A stretch of 60,606 nucleotides of DNA from a virus (Duplodnaviria; Caudoviricetes), in the IMG/VR virus record IMGVR_UViG_3300011435_000002, positions 1-60,606 of that record, one strand, 5' to 3'. Shown one piece after another: positions 54,371 to 60,606 of the stretch. Position 1 is the first letter of the stretch. Every line of letters begins with the position of its first letter. The position numbers were made by a program, and so were the translations under genes. The notes under the pieces are model-generated. The model was not told the DNA's origin. It made no database searches and saw only the letters and a program-made list of their open reading frames with translations.

Positions 54371-54687
54371 AGCCAGTGAGTGGCCTCGTTAAATCACTCC
54401 TTCGTATCCCACTAGAGGAACTCTACATCCAAGAGGTGCACGCTCCAGTTGTAGACTTCGCTGGCTCTCGGGAAAAGTGAACAACCGCTTTGGTGTCTGC
54501 CATAGCCAAGGATACGATCGTACGGTCCCGATCCGTCCAAGTGACAGTTCCCTAGTTCACTTCTCCCGAGAGGAGAGCTGAAACGCGGTAGGGGGGATAC
54601 TTACGCTTCAGCTCTCCTGTGGTCAGACGAGGGGCTGGCCCAATCAACCCGTTCACCGATCCCCGAGTATCGGAGTCGTCTGTCCAC
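54371..54687 (-). ncRNA. Predicted four-domain structured RNA (5' leader or sRNA), family not recognised
   Basis: Four abutting closing stems; a G-U wobble in the longest stem favours the - strand; begins at the predicted TSS of the leftward promoter; no ORF in the track. Confidence 0.7.
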
Positions 54688-54789
54688 CTGTATATATTAG
54701 GACATCTGAGTTCTTTTGTCAAGGCCCAAAATCTTAGGTAGGTTCCTGATGTTTGACAGGTGATCCAAGTTGTCCTAATATATACAGGT
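54686..54789. promoter_or_regulatory. Divergent promoter pair with a perfect 19-bp inverted repeat
   Basis: Both are TTGACA-17-TAATAT; tgtcctaatatatacaggt at 54771-54789 and its reverse complement at 54686-54704. Confidence 0.85.
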
Positions 54790-54833
54790 TGACCACCCGG
54801 TCTATTGCGTCGCGCATAAGGGAGAATGAATAA

Positions 54834-55046
54834 GTGGCAAATCTCCTATCAGCGAGGGAGGCAGGTGAGGCACTTGACCTAACCCATCTTGAGGTCATTC
54901 GTAGAATACGAAGGGGTCAAATCAGAGCAAAGAAGGTGGGTTGGTTTTGGCTTGTGAATACGGAAGAAGTAAACCGAGTGAGGAAGAAGCGGTGGTACCT
55001 CGGGCTGATGGAGAAAAGACGTAGGAGGGGAACAGCCGAGGAATAA
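54834..55046 (+). CDS. Excisionase/HTH_17-like DNA-binding protein
   Basis: LLSAREAGEALDL...IRRGQIRAKKVG..W.V. Confidence 0.8.
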   Translation: MANLLSAREAGEALDLTHLEVIRRIRRGQIRAKKVGWFWLVNTEEVNRVRKKRWYLGLMEKRRRRGTAEE

Positions 55047-55052
55047 CCACAA

Positions 55053-57026
55053 ATGGCAAGAACGGCTCATGAATTTCTTGCCGCTGTTTGGGGTAAACGC
55101 CAAGGTTTTGTCTTTCTTCCGTTCAAAGATTTGGATAGAGAATGGCACGAGACAGCCGGTGTTCCATTCGACGGCAAAGGATCCTCGATCCCCGCAGTAG
55201 AGGAGATGAAGGCCGACCTATACTTCTGTCCGGTAGTCTTCGACCAACCACGCAGAAAGAAAGAGTTCGCCCAGGACACCAACCTCCTGTGGGCTGACCT
55301 CGATCCAGTCCACCCCGACAGCTGCAGGATCAAGCCGTCAATTGCATGGGAAAGTTCGCCCGGCAGATACCACGCACTGTGGATACTGAACCGGGACATT
55401 CCTGCAGAAAAGGCAGCTCAACTCTCGAAGCGAATTGCTTACGCAGATGGGGGTGACAAGGGTGGTTGGGATGTTACACAAGTTCTACGAATCCCTGGTA
55501 CGCGCAACTATAAGTATGAGTCCCGGCCTCGTGTTAAGCTTCTATGGTTGGAAAGAAAGGCTTACTCGACAGGGGAAATCAAAGCTGCTTACCCACGACT
55601 TAACGGAACCTCTGACCATGAACCAGCTCTTGGAGATTGGCCAGCTATTCCCGAAGCTACCATCCAATCCACTATCGCCGGACTATCTATCGGTTTACGG
55701 AAACGGATTACTCGAGATTCCTCTGGAGCCGATCGATCCCGAGAGCTACAAATTCTGGCGAGGGATCTACTCCGCAAAGACGTACAACCAGAGGTGGTTG
55801 CACACATTCTTAGAAGGTCGTCCTTCAACAAGTTCGCGGGTCGTCCCACTGAGGCACAAGAATTACTCAAGCAAGTCGCTGATGCACAAACGGCGGTCGC
55901 TGCTACTCCAAAGAAGAAGAGCTCGGACATCGGGCGCCATGCCGGGATTGCGGGGGCGAAGCCCTCTGATGATGACGAAACAGTTGAACAGATGGAAGTC
56001 CATAAGTGGGGTGACTTCCTTTCCATTCCCACACATCTACGTTGGCTTGTAGACGAAAGTTGGGTTGATAACAGTGTCGGCTTTATCTCAGGCCGCTCAA
56101 AGTCTTACAAAACTTGGATTGCGCTTGATATGGCACTCAGCCTGGTGTCCGGGAAACCATTCCTTGGCCGTTACCCTGTCAGGAGAAGTGGTCCTGTACT
56201 GTTGGTCCAAGAAGAAGACCCAGCTCCTGTCTTACAAGAACGTCTTCGACTGATCGGTAAATCAAAGGACATGTTACCTGAGGCAACCTTTCTCCCCAAC
56301 GGTATCATTCATGTCGAGTATCCCCAGTATCCTCTCCACATCATTAACTTGCAGGGCTTCACACTTGGCAGTGACGAGAAGATTGACCAGGTACGTCGTC
56401 TCATTGCTGAGATAAATCCAGTTGCTGTCATCCTCGACCCGTTGATTGTCATGCTCGCGGGCACAGGGGCGGATGAGAATCGTGCGACAGAAATTTCCCT
56501 CATTCTTCAGGCGGTGAAGATGTGGCGCGAGGAATTTGGCTGCTCGGTGATTATCGTCCATCACTGGAACAAAGCGAAGAACGAAGACGAACAGCGATTC
56601 GGAGAGCACATGTATGGTTCGTTTGTGTTCCATGCATGGTTGGAGAGTGCTCTGCATGTGATGCCGGTCATCGAGGAAGGACAGGAGAAGATCGACACCG
56701 TTGTGGTCGAGAGAGAATTCAAAGCCGCCCCATCTGGCCGGAGTTTGAGACTCAAGTTTGCCATCGACTCGACGGCGGAATACACGTACGACGTTTTGTT
56801 CGAGAGCGACAAGAGTTTGAGTCCGATGGGCCAAGCAATTCTGGATTTGATAACGGAAGCTGGACCACAGGGAATGACGACGCCTGAGGTAGTGAACGTG
56901 ACAGGGCACGCACGACCCAAGGTTCAGGAACAGTTGAAGAAGATGGTAAGAAACAAGCAGGTCAAGGTACTTGAGAAGGGTGGTGGCCGAGGTAAATCCA
57001 CACGTTATGGAGTCATCGAGGAGTAG
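55053..57026 (+). CDS. Primase-helicase (RepB-like primase + AAA_25 + C-terminal wHTH)
   Basis: LWADLD, ESSPGRYHALW, QVLRIPGTRN, DRS; GRSKSYKT, QEED, ILDPL, IVHHWNK. Confidence 0.88.
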   Translation: MARTAHEFLAAVWGKRQGFVFLPFKDLDREWHETAGVPFDGKGSSIPAVEEMKADLYFCPVVFDQPRRKKEFAQDTNLLWADLDPVHPDSCRIKPSIAWESSPGRYHALWILNRDIPAEKAAQLSKRIAYADGGDKGGWDVTQVLRIPGTRNYKYESRPRVKLLWLERKAYSTGEIKAAYPRLNGTSDHEPALGDWPAIPEATIQSTIAGLSIGLRKRITRDSSGADRSRELQILARDLLRKDVQPEVVAHILRRSSFNKFAGRPTEAQELLKQVADAQTAVAATPKKKSSDIGRHAGIAGAKPSDDDETVEQMEVHKWGDFLSIPTHLRWLVDESWVDNSVGFISGRSKSYKTWIALDMALSLVSGKPFLGRYPVRRSGPVLLVQEEDPAPVLQERLRLIGKSKDMLPEATFLPNGIIHVEYPQYPLHIINLQGFTLGSDEKIDQVRRLIAEINPVAVILDPLIVMLAGTGADENRATEISLILQAVKMWREEFGCSVIIVHHWNKAKNEDEQRFGEHMYGSFVFHAWLESALHVMPVIEEGQEKIDTVVVEREFKAAPSGRSLRLKFAIDSTAEYTYDVLFESDKSLSPMGQAILDLITEAGPQGMTTPEVVNVTGHARPKVQEQLKKMVRNKQVKVLEKGGGRGKSTRYGVIEE

Positions 57027-57033
57027 AACATCC

Positions 57034-57086
57034 TATGATGGGTTTTCAGGATCCCATTGACATGGGGAACCAGAAATGGGACAATA
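57034..57086 (+). promoter_or_regulatory. Sigma70-like promoter, class A
   Basis: TTGACA 57057-57062, 17 bp spacer, GACAAT; near-copy of 3011-3063. Confidence 0.75.
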
Positions 57087-57114
57087 GACTGGACAGGACA
57101 AAAGGGACCAGACA

Positions 57115-57408
57115 ATGAGCTCTGAACCTGTCAATGAGAAGGAGGTGGGTTTGCTTAGCCAACTCGCCCTGAGACAAGAGGATTATCGCGGTATCCTACA
57201 GCAGGTACGCGATCGTCCTGACAAATCGTGGGTCGATGGGATCGTTGCCGCAGAAGGGATGGATGAGGAACAACTCATTGCGTGCGCGACTGTCCTTTTT
57301 GAGTTGTCCCATGACCCGGAAAGGAATCCAGCAGAGAATGACATCCTTTGGTCGGCAGAGTTTCTTGATCACCTGGACACACTAGGATGGAAGCTGAGTC
57401 GGAAGTAA
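57115..57408 (+). CDS. Hypothetical protein
   Basis: First ORF after the promoter. Confidence 0.6.
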   Translation: MSSEPVNEKEVGLLSQLALRQEDYRGILQQVRDRPDKSWVDGIVAAEGMDEEQLIACATVLFELSHDPERNPAENDILWSAEFLDHLDTLGWKLSRK

Positions 57409-57800
57409 GGCGCGTCGGTTTCACCGGCACACAAGAAGGAATGTCTCAGAGACAGAAGAGACTGCTGCGAATAGAACTTCGGGGTGCGACTGAGTTCCAC
57501 CACGGGGACTGCATCGGAGCGGATGCAGAAGCCGACGCGATCGCGAGGTCAATGGGTATTGCGATCTACATTCATCCACCGGCAGATGAAAGCAAGCGGG
57601 CGTTCTGCCCCGATCCAACTCCACACGGCCGAGTGTACCCGCCCGAGCCGTATCTCGAACGCAACCGCGTCATCGTCAATGATACCGATGAGTTGATCGC
57701 GGCCCCTAGACTAAACCAAGAGGAAGTGAGGTCAGGTACATGGAGCACGGTACGCTACGCCCGTCAAAAGGAACGTCCGATAACGCTCCTGGCGCGATGA
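57387..57800 (+). CDS. SLOG-superfamily (DprA/YspA-like) protein
   Basis: VGFTG, HHGDCIGAD, RNR.IV...D.LIA, SGTWSTVRYA. Confidence 0.8.
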   Translation: MEAESEVRRVGFTGTQEGMSQRQKRLLRIELRGATEFHHGDCIGADAEADAIARSMGIAIYIHPPADESKRAFCPDPTPHGRVYPPEPYLERNRVIVNDTDELIAAPRLNQEEVRSGTWSTVRYARQKERPITLLAR

Positions 57801-57970
57801 AACGCCACCGCTGGGTCGGAGGCATGAACGCATTCTCATGCGAGACTGTCTGTGGCCTTCCGATGGATGATTCAATCCACTACACTTATGACGAGGTGGA
57901 TATGATTGAGTGGGCCGCGATCGAGCGAGGGGAAGCATCGAGGTGGGATAGTGACGACCCAGAGTGCTAA
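57797..57970 (+). CDS. Small Zn-binding hypothetical protein
   Basis: H...CETVCG...IH; ATGA coupling. Confidence 0.5.
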   Translation: MKRHRWVGGMNAFSCETVCGLPMDDSIHYTYDEVDMIEWAAIERGEASRWDSDDPEC

Positions 57971-58262
57971 GGAATGGAAGCCTCCCAATCTCAAGAAGCC
58001 AGAGAACTACTCACAGACCGTCACGTACTGTCTGGAGATGGGTCTAACGAAAGCGTTAGTTCTTCACACTGATTTGAGCCCTGACCAGATCGAAGAAGTG
58101 TTGAAGTACTCTGCCCTGTATTTCACCCAGGAGATGGCCCGTTGGCTTCAAGAGAGGAGGGAGGAACGTGTCAGAAGTAACCAAGGAGCAGTGGAAGAAA
58201 CTGGTCAAGATAGTGCGGGCGCAGGACCAGTCGATCAAGGATCTGTGGGAGGAACTGGGTAG
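57951..58262 (+). CDS. Hypothetical protein
   Basis: GAGGTG before GTG 57951. Confidence 0.55.
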   Translation: MTTQSAKEWKPPNLKKPENYSQTVTYCLEMGLTKALVLHTDLSPDQIEEVLKYSALYFTQEMARWLQERREERVRSNQGAVEETGQDSAGAGPVDQGSVGGTG

Positions 58263-58371
58263 ATGGAATGACGTGAGGGCAGGCGAAGAAGATGACCTTC
58301 GAGAGTTGATGGAACGGAACCGTCGCGCGGTCAATAGACTCGCGCGTCGCGTAAAGGAGATGGAAGAATAA
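58168..58371 (+). CDS. Coiled-coil hypothetical protein
   Basis: GGAGG RBS; TAATG coupling. Confidence 0.6.
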   Translation: MSEVTKEQWKKLVKIVRAQDQSIKDLWEELGRWNDVRAGEEDDLRELMERNRRAVNRLARRVKEMEE

Positions 58372-58601
58372 TGGAAGGTTTGCCTACTAAGGAAGTCTTT
58401 GGAGTTTCTGAGATTAAGCAGACTTCACCCTCAACGCATCGTCATCTACATGTAGAGTTCTACTTGTATGATGGAGAACAGGTGGGTGAGTCCCGCTCGT
58501 TTGACGAGATGTACGAGGTACTGGATGACGACGCCGACGGGAAGGTGCGAGCACGTATCGGCGAAGCCCTGACGAAGTTCCTGAGGGGAGAAGATGCCTA
58601 G
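58371..58601 (+). CDS. Hypothetical protein
   Basis: Coupled ORF. Confidence 0.6.
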   Translation: MEGLPTKEVFGVSEIKQTSPSTHRHLHVEFYLYDGEQVGESRSFDEMYEVLDDDADGKVRARIGEALTKFLRGEDA

Positions 58602-59421
58602 ACGCAGACTCGCTGAAGAATATCAACTGCGAGAGGACTCACTCCAACCACAGCTGAGGCCGTCCTTTAGCAAACTAATCTCAAAATTGCGTGCGCTACC
58701 CAGTCTTCAAGATCACCCCGACGCGGTGCTTGAGTTGATTCACCTGCTTGCGCACCGCTCGTTTGTGTTCGAGAAGAATCGACCAGAGCATGCTTTTAGG
58801 GCAATGCAACGAATGCACTCTCTGTGGCAGTTGTCGCTCGGAAGTCCCTCTGTGTCAGATGGCGATGACGAGGGGAATGAGCGGCAGTTGGAATCGGCTC
58901 TAAAAACGGTAACAGGAGATGAGAATTCGAAAAGTAGAAGCTTACCGTCCACTTTCAAGTGCCAAAGCTTGGTATGCAGTGAGAGAGCTACTCGTTACAT
59001 CCATGGCATACCATTCTGCGACAAGCACTCGGATGGAACAGAGGAGACTATGACAAAGGTAAGGAACGATACGACTCCCGGCCCATCGCACAAGTCACCC
59101 GTCGGGTGGAAGATGAAAGGCTCCACCGGTTTCACCGTTCCTGGATTCCCTGGGAAGTGGCTCTGGAAGGCTAGTAACGACGAGGATGAGCCGCCGGACA
59201 TGAACGCCGTCGTAGGCGTACTGGCATCTGGGTTTGCTGGAGGCGAAGCCCCCGATCTAGAAGACAAGAAGTTGAAGAAGAGAGTGAGGAACATTATTGA
59301 AGAACACACATGGGACACGGTGGCGACTACTCCCAGTTGTACCTGTTCTAAAGAGTTCGATTTCTTTGAGCAATGGGCTATTCACGTGCGGAAGTTGATT
59401 TGGAAGGAATTGGCGAAGTGA
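58594..59421 (+). CDS. Multi-module hypothetical protein with Cys/His motifs
   Basis: CQSLVC...FCDKH; H...CTC...H; internal GAGGAG-ATG near 59050 may be a second start. Confidence 0.6.
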   Translation: MPRRRLAEEYQLREDSLQPQLRPSFSKLISKLRALPSLQDHPDAVLELIHLLAHRSFVFEKNRPEHAFRAMQRMHSLWQLSLGSPSVSDGDDEGNERQLESALKTVTGDENSKSRSLPSTFKCQSLVCSERATRYIHGIPFCDKHSDGTEETMTKVRNDTTPGPSHKSPVGWKMKGSTGFTVPGFPGKWLWKASNDEDEPPDMNAVVGVLASGFAGGEAPDLEDKKLKKRVRNIIEEHTWDTVATTPSCTCSKEFDFFEQWAIHVRKLIWKELAK

Positions 59422-59579
59422 AGATAGCGGACATTCAACTAGCACTCGACGAATTGAATGAGGCACAAGCTCTTCTAGATGGCAATAAGGAGAAGAATGC
59501 TCTGCCTGTTCTAGCACAAGTAGCAGTGACTCTGGCACGCCTTGTGGTTCAGATTACAGCCGAAGGGGCTGAACGATGA
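59418..59579 (+). CDS. Small hypothetical protein
   Basis: GTGA/ATGA coupling. Confidence 0.5.
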   Translation: MKIADIQLALDELNEAQALLDGNKEKNALPVLAQVAVTLARLVVQITAEGAER

Positions 59580-59767
59580 AGGTACAAGAGCTCTATACTG
59601 AAATGTCCACAGGCGACAGTCACCTCGCTCATCTACAGCAGGCCGATAACGAGGAATATGAAGTCTGCGTTGATTTGCCCATGGATGAGGGTGCGGGCGG
59701 TGGAGTACAGCCGATCGCGGGCGTTCGGTGGGACCACAGTGAGAAGAGAATGGTGATTGAAGCATGA
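59576..59767 (+). CDS. Small hypothetical protein (MKV.EL type)
   Basis: ATGA coupling. Confidence 0.55.
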   Translation: MKVQELYTEMSTGDSHLAHLQQADNEEYEVCVDLPMDEGAGGGVQPIAGVRWDHSEKRMVIEA

Positions 59768-59939
59768 TGGACTCACGAACCTTTCTTCACCAGAAGCTGA
59801 TTCGCGTACACGGCGTTCCAGCTTATCTACGTGCACAGCTGAAGCACAACTATCTGAACACGTTCAACTACAGGAATGCAGACAGGAGGCTGGTTTGTGA
59901 CCTCTGCAACCGCCCGCGTGAATCTAGGAGGCATCTACT

Positions 59940-60341
59940 ATGAACACCAACGAGCTAGAGCGGCTGGCACGAGAGGCTACGCCGGGACCGTGGGTAATCG
60001 AGCGCGGCAGCATCGCGTGGATGATCCGCGAACGTCCGGGCGGTCCCCAGGTCGGTAACGTGATCTGCGTCGAAGACGCCACCTACATCGCCGCCACCTC
60101 CCCGGACGTGATCCTCGCGCTACTGGAGGAGCGGCGGGTACTGCGGGAGGCGCTGGCCGGGGCAGGCTCGGTGCTCATGCTCACGGTGACGAACGTACCG
60201 GACGACGGCGAGCGCCCGCACTGGTGTCGGTTCGGCCCACCGCGCCATGACGCGACATGCCAAGGGATGCTCCACGTCCAAGACGCCCTCCGCGCAGCCC
60301 TCCAAGCCGAGCCTTCGCGGGCCGAGGAAGGGGCATCGTGA
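59940..60341 (+). CDS. Ead/Ea22-like protein
   Basis: LERLAREATPGPW...DATYIAATSPDVILALLEE; AGGAGG RBS. Confidence 0.75.
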   Translation: MNTNELERLAREATPGPWVIERGSIAWMIRERPGGPQVGNVICVEDATYIAATSPDVILALLEERRVLREALAGAGSVLMLTVTNVPDDGERPHWCRFGPPRHDATCQGMLHVQDALRAALQAEPSRAEEGAS

Positions 60342-60606
60342 CGCCGGACGACTTCGACGCGAAGCTCTGCACCTGCGGCCACTTGTACGGACGCCATCCG
60401 TGGTACGACAACCCGCGCCGTTACGGAGCGTGCATCGACTGTTCGTGCAATCGCCGATACGACGCTGAGGTACAGGCGGCAGCCGAGGCCCGGCGAGCCA
60501 TCGCCGCCGACCCGACACACGTCCACGGGACCACCCACACGGCCTACGCGTGCCCCGGTTTCGTCGCCATACAGGTCTGCGATGACTGCGGAACGACGGT
60601 CGCCGC
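60338..60606 (+). CDS. 5' part of the Cys-rich protein spanning the join (MTPDDFDAKLCTCGH...)
   Basis: GTGA coupling; CTCGH and CIDCSC motifs. Confidence 0.65.
   Translation, partial: MTPDDFDAKLCTCGHLYGRHPWYDNPRRYGACIDCSCNRRYDAEVQAAAEARRAIAADPTHVHGTTHTAYACPGFVAIQVCDDCGTTVA
60484..60606. repeat. Terminal direct repeat, right copy
   Basis: Identical to 1-123. Confidence 0.95.

Noticed and set aside
54371-54687. tmRNA, tRNA cluster, group I intron or IS110 bridge RNA
   Set aside because: No acceptor stem/T-arm with CCA end, no interrupted gene and no recombinase nearby
54834-55046. Excisionase implying a temperate lifestyle
   Set aside because: No tyrosine or serine integrase, ParA or CI-like repressor recognised anywhere

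Overview
This window is most likely a complete, circularly assembled tailed-phage (siphovirus-like Caudoviricetes) genome of about 60.5 kb. Bases 1-123 are identical to 60484-60606, and an ORF reads cleanly through the join. I found no integrase, repressor or tRNA, so the phage looks lytic. Layout: (i) an early/accessory + strand block (57.1 kb, across the join, to 10.6 kb) with many small genes, a SLOG protein, an endonuclease VII, a probable origin and a stand-alone RuvB; (ii) a 1.7 kb mostly non-coding probable packaging/terminus region with one GC-rich reverse gene; (iii) a + strand morphogenesis and lysis block (12.3-42.4 kb) that includes a 1042-aa GT2-TPR-methyltransferase-GT4 fusion directly after the major capsid gene and a -1 frameshifted tail chaperone; (iv) a - strand replication and nucleotide block (42.4-54.3 kb) with a UDG-fused PolA, dCMP deaminase, two divergent thymidylate-synthase-fold genes, a dimeric dUTPase/dCTPase-like enzyme, a dNMP kinase and an SNF2 helicase; (v) divergent promoters followed by an HTH gene and a primase-helicase. 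The most striking unexplained features are a ~320-nt structured RNA with four abutting stem domains (54371-54687), the dual TS-fold pathway that probably modifies cytosine, and a probable virion-glycosylation module. All protein calls come from motif recognition by eye; no database search was run, and the host is not determined.
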